Shown: positions 1-9,858, counted from the first letter of the stretch. The stretch is DNA of 20,804 bases from Octopus sinensis (GCF_006345805.1 NW_021823932.1:1-20804), one strand, 5' to 3'. The notes: generated by a model not told the origin, from the sequence alone. Made by a program: numbers and translations.

Positions 1-72
1 ATATGGCCAAAAGTTCCTTTGCAGTTACAATATTTGGTGCAGTAATTCTCCTGATCTTTTTATCTTTCACCT

Positions 73-695
73 TTTGCTTGTTTCAATCCTTAGACTGCGG
101 TCATGCTGGGGCACCAAATTGGAGGACTTTTAGTTGAATGAGTCAACCCCAATACTTATTTTTTTAAAGCCTGGTACTTATTCTATCAGACTGTTTTTGC
201 CGAACCACTAAGGTACGGGGAAGTAACCACACAAACACCGGTTGTTAAGCGGTACTGTGGAAAAAACACATACACAAAGTCATACACTCACACACACACA
301 CACACACACACACATTTAATTACCGTATACCTATTTCTTTATTATCCACAAGGGGCTAAACATAGAGGGGACAAACAAGGACAGACATAGGTATTAAGTC
401 GATTACATCGACCCCAGTGCGTAACTGGTACTTAATTTATCGACCCCGAAAGGATGAAAGGTAAAGTCGACCTCGGTGGAATTTGAACTCACAACGTAAC
501 GCAGACGAAATACCGCTAAGCATTTCGCCCGGCGTGCTAACGACTCTGCCAGCTCACCGTATACCAAATCCATTCACAAGGCTTTGGTGGGTCCAAGGCT
601 GTAGCGGAAGACACTTGCCCAAGATGCCACGCAATGGGACTGAACCCGGAAGCATGTGGTTGGGAAGCAAGCTTCTTACCACGCAGCCGCGCCTG
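73..695 (-). mobile_element. tRNA-derived SINE family A, interrupted by a family B SINE at 332-558
   Basis: Tail block (gactgcggtcatgctggggcacc...gccgaaccactaag), internal (CA)n and, after the insert, the body plus tRNA-like head (minus strand GGCGCGGCTGCGTGGTAAG...GGTTCAGTCCC, A/B-box-like). Collinear with intact copies at 2035-2482 and 2862-3260. Confidence 0.85.
332..558 (-). mobile_element. tRNA-derived SINE family B (subtype B1) with target-site duplication
   Basis: Minus-strand head GGTGAGCTGGCAGAGTCGTTAGC...GAGTTCAAATTCC and core CCTTTCATCCTTTCGGGGTCGATAAATTAAGTACC. Direct repeat accgtatacc at 322-331 and 556-565. Near-identical to 18531-18765. Confidence 0.88.
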
Positions 696-699
696 ATAA

Positions 700-990
700 A
701 TTTTCCTTCCAATCTTTCTGAAGAGCCTGTACTGTTGATACTGATTTATTCTTTATTTGTATCTAGATATTTTTTGCCTAATCTCGTCTCAAGTTTTCTT
801 GTCTCATATCTTCATTAATTACCTGTGCTCATCTGCACCTGATGTCATATTGTCTTTGAAACTCGTTCCTATGTCTTTTTAGTTATAGCATCTAACCTCT
901 TAACATCTCTCTTGAACTGTTAAACTTGATTATCAAGTCTCCATTTCCACCATAAGTATTTACTCTTTTTCCTGTTTGACTTTTAACCGC
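700..990 (-). pseudogene. Degraded non-LTR retrotransposon ORF fragment, probably R4/Dong-like N-terminal region
   Basis: Hand translation of the minus strand gives KYLWWKWRLDNQV*QFKRDVKRLDA...RYETRKLETRLGKKYL with several stops. This resembles the WWKRRLENQI motif recalled from R4/Dong-type ORFs; no database check was possible. Confidence 0.45.
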
Positions 991-998
991 AATAATTT

Positions 999-1047
999 CT
1001 GATGGCTAAAGAGGAGATAACTACTCCGAAATGCATGCATCACACAG
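999..1047 (+). ncRNA. Degenerate type I hammerhead ribozyme (copy 0)
   Basis: CTAAAGA (1006-1012; core G mutated relative to CUGAAGA), stem II GGAG/CTCC, GAAA 1028-1031, palindromic TGCATGCA, TC, then acacag. Homologous to the array units. Confidence 0.65.
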
Positions 1048-1309
1048 TCTGATCAGGTGGCGCTACGAGCTGGTTCGGTGTATATACACCCATTTGTGAA
1101 CAACGAGAAATTATGTTCATGACAAAAGACGAATGGCTTTCTTACGAGTTCGAATATGCCTCAAACATATCTGAACTGGTTGCAAGTTAGTATTTATATA
1201 CCTCTTTTCTTAGCGCTGTCACCTTGCATTTTATTTATTGTCAACCGCCGAATACTGCCACCAGTTACTGAATGATGACTGGAATATCATTAGAGAGATA
1301 CTGCCTCTC

Positions 1310-1815
1310 GTGTCAGACCGCAGCGCAGCCTTGCCCGGTTTCTGTGGCTGAAGAGGAGACAACCTCTCCGAAACGCATGCATCTCATAGTCTTGTCATAA
1401 GTGAGATATGGTCTCCGTGTAGATCTCGTAGCCTTGGTCCGGTTCTGTGCTGAAGAGGAGACACCTCTCCGAACGCATGCATCTCATAGTCTTGTCATAA
1501 GTGAGATATGGTCTCCCGTGTCAGATCTCAACGTAGCCTTGTCCGGTTTCTGTGGCTGAAGAGGAGACAACCTCTCCGAAACGCATGCATCTCATAGTCT
1601 TGTCATAAGTGAGATATGGTCTCCCGTGTCAGATCTCAACGTAGCCTTGTTCGGTTTCTGTGACTTGAAAAGGATATAACCTCCCCGAAACGTATGCATC
1701 TCACAGTCTTGTTATAAATGAGATATGGCCCCTCGTGTCAGATCGCAGCGTCGCCTTGTCCGGTTTCTGTGGCTGAAGAGGAGACAACCTCTCCGAAACG
1801 CATGCAATCTCACGG
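1310..1815 (+). ncRNA. Tandem array of five ~108-bp units, each with a minimal type I hammerhead ribozyme motif (retrozyme/Penelope-like)
   Basis: Unit starts (gtgtcaga/gtgtaga) at 1310, 1417, 1518, 1626, 1735. CTGAAGA at 1348, 1450, 1556, 1773, degenerate near 1664. Stem II GGAGA-caacc-TCTCC directly followed by GAAA. Stem I ctgtgg pairs with tcatag/tcacag/tcacgg. Stem III contains palindromic GCATGC before the ATC triplet. Confidence 0.85.
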
Positions 1816-1859
1816 ACTCGTCAGGTGGTGCTGCGAGCTGATTCGGTATTCATCTTTCG

Positions 1860-1965
1860 GTATTCTGAAGATCTCTTCTAACTTCATTCCAACTGGGATA
1901 GCCATTGTCTTTTCACGATTTTATTTTTCTGCTCTAGAAGTCTTTGTTCTGTGACTGGGAACATG
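1860..1965 (-). pseudogene. Degraded LINE ORF fragment, probably the upstream part of the 700-990 relic
   Basis: Minus-strand translation MFPVTEQRLLEQKNKIVKRQWLSQLE* then LEEI after a frameshift. Resembles the TEQRLADQ...WLSxLELEEI motif recalled from R4/Dong-type ORFs. Confidence 0.45.
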
Positions 1966-2034
1966 TCTCTGTCTGTTTGTCTGTCTGTTTGTCTGTCTGT
2001 CTCTCTCTACTGTTCCCTTTTTCGTTTATCTTTT

Positions 2035-2278
2035 ATCTTCTGCTTGTTTCAGTCATTTGACTGCGGCCATGCTGGGGCACCGCCTTGAAGAATTTTTGTC
2101 GAACGAATTGATCTCAGTACTTATTATTTTTTCATAAAGCCTGGCACTTATCCTATCAGCTCTCTTTTGTCGAACCGCTAAGTTACAGGGACATAAACAC
2201 ATCAACACCGGTTGTCAAGTGATAGTGAGAAACAAACACATATACAGAGACACTCACACACTCACTCACACACACATA

Positions 2279-2319
<41 letters not shown>

Positions 2320-2482
2320 GACGGGCCTTTTTCGGTTTCTGTCTACCAAATCCACTCACAAGGCTTTGGTCAACCCGAGGCTATAATAGAAGACATTTGC
2401 CCAAGGTGGCACACAGTGGGACTGAACCCAGGATCATGTGGTTGGGAAGCAAACTTCTTACCACACAGCCACGCCTGCACCT
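2035..2482 (-). mobile_element. SINE family A, full length
   Basis: tRNA-like head on the minus strand (GGCGTGGCTGTGTGGTAAGAAG...GGTTCAGTCCC), CORE-like CCTTGGGCAAATG, internal (CA)n 2241-2315 and conserved tail. Confidence 0.9.
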
Positions 2483-2861
2483 ATTCATATCCAATCCATT
2501 CTTTTTCCGTATCCCATTTTGCCCGGTTCGCTCCGTACTAACGTTCCAAAATAATTCCGTCATCATTTTGAGGCCACCTTCCCTAATCCTTGCAGCATCA
2601 GTTGACCATCAACCAGGCCCATCCTGCTGCATAGTGGGACGCTTGCCGTGAGAAAGACCTTTTCTAAAGGATCTTGTCTCATTAACACAGTTGTGATAAT
2701 ACTTTTTATTTCACAATACACTCATAAAGAGAACAGCGGTGTTAAGGAAACACAACCACCGATATTTTTTATCGAGACACTATCCCAAGGGGTTTGTCAG
2801 TCAAGGTTAAAGAGACTCTTCTCCCTTTGCTGTAAGTTACCCGCCAAGTGTGCCATCGGAT

Positions 2862-3260
2862 ACTCTTTTACTTGTTTCAGTCATTTGACTGTGGCCATGC
2901 TGGAGCACCGCATTTAGTCGAGCAAATTGACACCAGGACTTATTCTTTGTAAGCCTAGTACTTATTCTATTGGTCACTTTTGCCGAACCGCTAGATTACG
3001 GAGGGACGTAAACACACCTGCATCGGTTGTCAAGCGATGTTGGGGGGACAAACACATACACACAAACACACACACACGCACACATACACACACACATATA
3101 CGACGGGCTTCTTTCAGTTTCCGTCTACCAAATCCACTCGCAAGACTTTGGTCGGCCCGAGGCAATGGTAGAAGACACGTGCCCAAAGTGCCATGCAGCG
3201 GGACTGAACCCAGAACCATGTGGTTCGTAAGCAAGTTACTTACCACACAGCCACTCCTAT
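2862..3260 (-). mobile_element. SINE family A, full length
   Basis: Same head, (CA)n and tail architecture as 2035-2482 and 14046-14460. Confidence 0.9.
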
Positions 3261-3345
3261 GATTTCAAATTCATTGTTGTTGTGGTGGTGGTAAAGGTCG
3301 TCGTTGTTGTTGCTTAGTCTGTTCCGGAGGACTTTTCGGTTGGGA

Positions 3346-3817
3346 ACTATCACAGATAATTTCCATATGTTCTTGACCTGGCAGTGCTACCAGAGGGCGC
3401 TACCGGTTCGAGATAAACTCTGCAGGCACGGATGTGCTGTCAGACGGACTTGTCCGAAGTGCGCACAGAGTGACGAAATCGTTCTGCACGTCCTCGTTCA
3501 GTGTCCGGGCATTGCTGACTTGTGGGGTTGTGTTGAACAGCTACTGTCACATGTGGGACGGATCCGTCTGTCGCCAGAGTCTGTAGTGATGACTGCAACG
3601 CCACTTGACTTCAATAGGGCAGGCAAGGCAGTTTTCCTTTGCCTGGTGGCTGTAGCGAAAGAAGTTGTTTGGTGGACAAGGCTGAAAGGCTTGAGGACAG
3701 ATAGATTCCTCTTTGGTAGAGCTCTCATTGACTTCTTCAAGTTTTACTTGAAAACGAAATTGAGAGTGGTGAGGGAAGTACTGACCCTGAGTGAGTTTAT
3801 CGAAAGGTGGGTGAAAG

Positions 3818-3819
<2 letters not shown>
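3346..3819 (+). mobile_element. L1/Tx1-clade LINE ORF2 C-terminal fragment (zf-RVT CCHC region)
   Basis: Open frame WQCYQRALPVRDKL...CPKCAQSDEIVLHVLVQC...VVWWTRLKG...FIERWVKV, with CCHC zinc knuckle at 3451-3504. No stops over ~158 codons; cut off by (TA)n. Confidence 0.8.
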
Positions 3820-3849
<30 letters not shown>

Positions 3850-3980
3850 CATATGCATGCATACATACATGCATACATGCATACATACATACATGCATAC
3901 ATACATACATACATACATACATACATACATACATACATACATACATACATACATACATACATACATACGTATGTATGTAT
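3817..3980. repeat. (TA)n/(TACA)n microsatellite
   Basis: Direct reading. Confidence 0.95.
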
Positions 3981-3989
3981 ATTTCTGAC

Positions 3990-4110
3990 AAATAAATTCA
4001 CTCACAAGGCATTGGTCAGCTCGGGACAATTAGAGATAACACTTGCCCAAGGTGGCGCACTGTGGGCCTGAACCCGGAACTACGAGATTTCAAAGCGATC
4101 ATCTTAACCA
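3990..4110 (-). mobile_element. SINE family A head/body fragment, diverged
   Basis: ttcactcacaaggcattggtc...cacttgcccaaggtggcgcactgtgggcctgaacccgg matches the other A copies. Confidence 0.7.
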
Positions 4111-4309
4111 GTTTCTTATTTCTGGTTCTTATAATCTAACCTGCTTCCCTTATAATATGAAATTAAATGCTGCTGTCTTTTGCTTAAATATTTGCCAATT
4201 ATGATCATATTTCTTAGCCCGAGAAATTAGTCTAATATATTTTCTTGCTGTTTTCGATCTTTGTCGTTCTAAAAATTGTTTTTATGCTTTATATCGTTGA
4301 TATAATTTT

Positions 4310-5000
<691 letters not shown>

Positions 5001-5389
5001 ACCTACTCGTTACTCATCGCGCTCTTTCTCCCCCACCTTTCTACTATCGATATGAAATAATAAACTCGTCTGTTGGTAGAATAGAGTTCTTCTGAATATT
5101 TTTCAAACGAAGCAGACGATATCTTCTGTCACCTTAGATTGTTTTTATTAATATTAGTGAACGCAAACCGAGCGATAGACAGACAGCAGATCTATTTCAA
5201 GATGGCCGACCGCTTTTTGTTCGCTCGTTGCTGATATTTGCTTCGATCTACCTGCATCTACCCAGGCAACTAGATTTCATTCAATAGCTTCACCATTGTC
5301 CCCGTGTTATTAACAAACAACTTAGCGTCGACACAAAGCCAACGAAAAAGCTGGCTTCAATCGAAATATTAATCCAAATGAGAACGATA

Positions 5390-5701
5390 ATTATGATGAT
5401 ATTAACGATGGTGGTGGTGGTGGTGGTGGTGTGGTGATGATGATGATGATGATAGCGGTGATGGTGGTGGTGTTGATGATAATAATGGTGATGATGATGA
5501 TGGTGGTGGGGTTGATGATGATGAGGGTGGCAGTGGTGGTGGTGGTGGTGGTGCTGCTGCTGATGATGGTTGTGGTGGTGGTGGTGGTGGTGGTGGTTTT
5601 GATGATGATGATGATGATAATAATAACAATGAAGATGGTGGTGGTAATTGTAATGATAACGATGATGATGATGACGATGAAGATGATGGTGGTGGTGGTG
5701 T

Positions 5702-5736
<35 letters not shown>

Positions 5737-6476
5737 GTGGTGTGATGATGATGATGATGATGATGATGAAGATGATGATTATTGTGGTGGTGGTGGTGGT
5801 GGCAGTAGTAGTGGGAGTGATGTTAACGATGATGTTGATGACGATGACACTGATATTGATGATGATAATGGTGATTGCAGCGATGGTGGTGATGGTGACG
5901 ATGACGATAAAGATGATGACGATGATGCTGGTTGTGGTGGTGGTAATGGTGATAGTGGGGGGGGGACACTGCCGATGGTGATGACGATGGTGGGTCTGGC
6001 GGACGTGGTGGCTGTAATGAGACAGCAATAACAACGAATATGATGATAATGATGGTGGTGGTGGTGATAGTGTTGATAATAATGATGATGATGATAATGA
6101 TGATGATGATGATGATGATGATGATTATGACACTCACCATTTATCATTACAGGGTGAGTGTAATGGTGGTGGTGATGGTGGTGGCTGTGGTGGTGATAAT
6201 GGGGATAATAATGGTGGATATGATGGTGATAAAGACGATGGTGGTGATAGCAGTGATCATTGAAGTGACGACGGTCGGTAGTTATGTTGGTAGTTGTGGT
6301 GGTGATGATGATGATGATGATGACGACGACGACGACGAAGAAGAAGAATATGATGATGTAGATGATGATGATGATTATGATGATGATGGTGATGTGGAGG
6401 TATTGGTAGTGGCTGTGACACCGGTAGAAGCGTAGGTGGCGCTGGTGAGATGATGATGATGACCATGATGATGATG

Positions 6477-6521
<45 letters not shown>

Positions 6522-6598
6522 TGACAATGATGATGATGATGGTATTATTAATAATAATAATAATAATAACAACAACAACAACAATAATAATAATAATG

Positions 6599-6635
<37 letters not shown>

Positions 6636-6665
6636 TAACAGCAATGACAATCGTAATAGTAATGA
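5390..6665. repeat. Degenerate trinucleotide block (GAT/GGT)n switching to (AAT/AAC)n near 6545
   Basis: Direct reading; accounts for the poly-M/V/D/H/I ORFs. Confidence 0.95.
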
Positions 6666-6707
6666 TAAAACTAAAAGCACAAAACAAAACAAAAAAAGGA
6701 ACTAGCA

Positions 6708-7064
6708 ATGGCGGACACAAACAAATACAAAGACAAAAACAACAGCTATAACAACAGCTCAAAGAACAAAGAACAACAACAGCAACAGCAACAACAACAA
6801 CAACAACAACAATTCTGTTTAGAATCAGATACCCTAAAGCATGTTAAAGAATCATTGAATAGGAATCTTGAGACAATATTGAAAGAGAAGACTTTTGTGA
6901 TCGATGAAGGAATCGGAATGGCTGTGAGCCTCCTTCGATTAGGATTAGACAACATATTGAGAACTTTTGAAGAACACTTATGTAAACGTAGTGAATGTAT
7001 GGAATTGAAAACATCACACATACCTTCGCGACGACGACGACGACGGCAAATACAACAACAGTAA
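6708..7064 (+). CDS. Possible coding exon or short ORF: polyQ followed by a ~70-aa non-repetitive segment, product unknown
   Basis: Start context gcaATGG. Non-repetitive island 6812-7025 encodes FCLESDTLKHVKESLNRNLETILKEKTFVIDEGIGMAVSLLRLGLDNILRTFEEHLCKRSEC. No recognised domain. Confidence 0.3.
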   Translation: MADTNKYKDKNNSYNNSSKNKEQQQQQQQQQQQQQFCLESDTLKHVKESLNRNLETILKEKTFVIDEGIGMAVSLLRLGLDNILRTFEEHLCKRSECMELKTSHIPSRRRRRRQIQQQ

Positions 7065-7660
7065 CAGCAGCAGCAGTAGCAGCAGCAGCAGCAACAACAA
7101 CAACAACAAACACAGCAGCAACAATAATAGCAGCAGCAGCAGCAACAACAACAGCGGCAGTAACAACAACAAACATAGCAACAACAACAACAACAAACAC
7201 AGCAGAAACAGCAGCAGTAACAACATTAGTAACAACAACAACAACAACAACAACAAACTTGGCAACAACAACAACAACAACAACAACTTGGCAACAACAA
7301 CAACAACAACAAAGACTATAGCAACAACAAACACAGCAGCAGCAACAGCCACAACAACAACATCAACAACTGCGACTAAATAAAGACGAACACTTACAAC
7401 AATAAATACTACAGCTTTAATAACAACAACAATCACAATAGCAAAAATCTGCACTATAACCACCACCGTCACCAACACCACCATTACAGCCATCATCACC
7501 ACCACCACCACATCACCACAACCATCACCAGCACCATCGTCAGCAGCACCAGCACCAGCACCAGCACCACCAGCACCACCACCATCACCACCAAAACCAC
7601 CACCATCACCACCAAAACCACCACCACCACCACCACACCACCACCACCACCACCGCCGCC
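7030..7660. repeat. Degenerate (AAC/AGC)n then (ACC)n trinucleotide block
   Basis: Direct reading. Confidence 0.9.
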
Positions 7661-7662
7661 GC

Positions 7663-7858
7663 CTGGTACTTATTTTATCGACCCGGTGTCCCATCACGCT
7701 GTCCCGCCCTGGTGTCCCGCCCTGGTGTCCCGCCCCGGTGTCCAGGTGAGGATTTTGTACGCCTAGGAAGCATGGAAACCGGCCCTTACGAGTCGGTATA
7801 CACAAGGGGTAATCTCTAAGCATTTTGCCCGGCGTGTTAACGAGTCTGCCAGATCGCC
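7663..7858. mobile_element. Internally deleted composite: SINE B core, 4x13-bp minisatellite, SINE C 3' end, SINE B head
   Basis: B core ctggtacttattttatcgaccc 7663-7684; 13-bp units at 7687, 7700, 7713, 7726; C-like gaaaccggcccttacgagtcggtat; B head ctaagcattttgcccggcgtg...gccagatcgcc from 7816. Confidence 0.7.
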
Positions 7859-7871
7859 ATCAGGAACCTTA

Positions 7872-8372
7872 ATAATATTTTCTACTATAAGCACAAGGTC
7901 TAGAATATTGGGGCGGGGGGGGGCATAAGTGTATTACATCGATCCCAGTTTTTGACTGGTACTTATTTTATTGGCCCTGAAAAGATGAAAGGCAAAGTCG
8001 ACCTTGGCAGAATTTAAACTCAGAACGTGAGGACGGACGAAAAGCCGCTAAGCGTTTTATCCGACATGTTAATGTGGAAGCGCATGGCTTAGTGGTTAGG
8101 GTGTTGAACTCATGATCGTAAGATTGTGGTTTCGATTTGGACCGGGCGACGCGTTGTGTTCTTAAGCAAAACACTTTATTTCACGTTGCTCCAGTCCACT
8201 TAGCTGGCAAAAATGAGTAACGCTGCGACTGACCAGTGTCCTGTCCAGGGTCCAGGTGGGGAATGTATATGCCATTGAAACCGGAAAACCGGCCCTTATG
8301 AGTCGGTATGAGTCGAGGAGGTAACCTCTAAGCATTTTGGCCGGCGTGCTAACGATTCTGCCAGCTCACCGC
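7872..8372 (-). mobile_element. SINE family B (subtype B2) interrupted by SINE C
   Basis: B tail and core 7872-8072; B head resumes at 8328 (ctaagcattttggccggcgtgctaacgattctgccagctcacc). Confidence 0.8.
8074..8327 (+). mobile_element. tRNA-derived SINE family C (V-domain-like body)
   Basis: A-box TGGCTTAGTGG and B-box-like GGTTTCGATT. Body ctgcgactgaccagtgtcctgtccaggg resembles the recalled V-SINE domain (inference). Confidence 0.7.
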
Positions 8373-8399
8373 TTTTCCAGGGACAGTAATAATAAGGAT

Positions 8400-8782
8400 A
8401 CTGTTGTTACAAGAGTAACAACAATAACAACGACAACAACATCAGTAGCAACAACAACAACATCAATAACAACAAAAACAGCAACAACATCAACAACAGT
8501 AACAACAACAACAACAACAACAACAGTAACAGCAGCAACAACAACAGCAACAACAACAACAGCAACAACAACAACAGCAACAGCAACAACAACAACAGCA
8601 ACAGCAACAGCAACAACAGCAACAACAACAACAACAGCAACAACAACAGCAACAGCAACAACATCAATAACAACAATATCATCGACAACAACAGTAACAA
8701 CATCACAGAAACAGTAACAGCAACAACAATAAACACAATAATAACACCAACAAAACAATGAATAATAATGAATAACAAAAAT
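8400..8782. repeat. (AAC/AGC)n degenerate microsatellite
   Basis: Direct reading. Confidence 0.95.
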
Positions 8783-8975
8783 AACAATCCTTTCTACTCT
8801 AGGCACAAACCCTGAAATTTTGTGGGTTACTCAACTGGTACTTATTTTATCGATCCCGGAAGAACGAAAGGCAAATTCGATCTCGGCGGAATTTGAACTC
8901 GGGACGTAAAGACGGACGAAATACCGCTAAGCATTTTATCCGGTGTGCAAACGGTTCTGCCAGTTTGCCGCCTTA
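8783..8975 (-). mobile_element. SINE family B2
   Basis: Core actggtacttattttatcgatccc and B-box gaatttgaactc (reverse complement GAGTTCAAATTC). Confidence 0.8.
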
Positions 8976-8977
8976 AT

Positions 8978-9200
8978 AGTAATCACTTCTGCTATGGCCA
9001 CAAGGCCCGAAATTTGGGGGGGGGCAGGGGACTAGTCGATTACGTTGACCCCAGTGTTTGACTGGTACTTAATTTATCGACCGCAAAAGGATGAAAGGCA
9101 AAGTCGAATTCGGCGGAATTTGAACTCAGAACGTAGCGACGGGCGAAATACCGCTAAGCATTTCGTCCTGTGTGCTAATGATTCTGCCAGCTCGCTGCCT
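8978..9200 (-). mobile_element. SINE family B2, tandem with the previous copy
   Basis: Same tail, core and head order as 7872-8372 and 8783-8975. Confidence 0.85.
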
Positions 9201-9232
9201 TTAACAACAACAACAACAACAACAACAATACA

Positions 9233-9858
9233 CTCCTCTGGAACTTCACCATTCAAACTGACAGAAAGATAGATGCAAATAGGCCAGACATCATATTGAA
9301 AGACTTCAGACAAAGAACATGCCTCCTCATTGATATGACTGTCCCAATCGATATAAACGTATCTCTCAAGACCTACCAAAAACTGAGCAAATATAAAGAT
9401 CTTGAAATAGAAATCAGCAAAATGTGGAACCTGAAGACTAAAACAATACCTGTTGTCATAGGTGCCCTGGGAATGATAGCAAAAGGTGCTGATTGCTACC
9501 TGACTCAGATACCAGGAAACCCCAAAATGGCAGAAATTCAAAAGATAGTGCTCATGGGAACTGGTCATATCCTACGCAAAATACTTTCAATGTAATCTCA
9601 AGTTTTAAAACATAATTTTCGTTTTATTTTTAGACATTCACTAGTACAACACCAAACCCCCCCCCCAATTATATGGCACACTAGGCATAACAACATGAAC
9701 TTCCAACCTGTTGTCTCTTGAGGTCTCTGGGTGAGACTTGGAGCCAACTTGTACAAATGTAAAACAAAAGTCAAACATAGAATAATAATAATAATGATAA
9801 TAATAATAATGATAACAACAACAACAACAACAACAACAACAATAATAATAATAATAAT
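9233..9858 (+). mobile_element. 5'-truncated R4/Dong-clade non-LTR retrotransposon (restriction-like endonuclease C-terminus, 3' UTR, (AAT/AAC)n tail)
   Basis: Open frame 9233-9595 LLWNFTIQTDRKIDANRPDIILKD...LIDMTVP...KLSKYKDL...IPVVIGALG...GTGHILRKILSM*, a PD-(D/E)xK pattern typical of R4/Dong. Flanked by (AAC)n 9203-9229 and (AAT/AAC)n 9781-9858. Confidence 0.85.

Noticed and set aside
1-20. ggccaaaagt resembling the MITE TIR at 20198
   Set aside because: Only a 10-bp match at the window edge, with no partner TIR visible.
1310-1815. Array read as a CRISPR locus
   Set aside because: Units repeat along their whole length with no unique spacers, there are no cas genes, and the context is eukaryotic.
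2400-2482. tRNA genes at SINE heads (also 15837, 16039, 8074, 18378)
   Set aside because: A/B boxes are present but continue into multicopy SINE bodies, and no complete cloverleaf is evident.
2480-2860. Unique segment between two SINE A copies as a coding exon
   Set aside because: Frames are short or lack recognisable motifs and clear splice signals.
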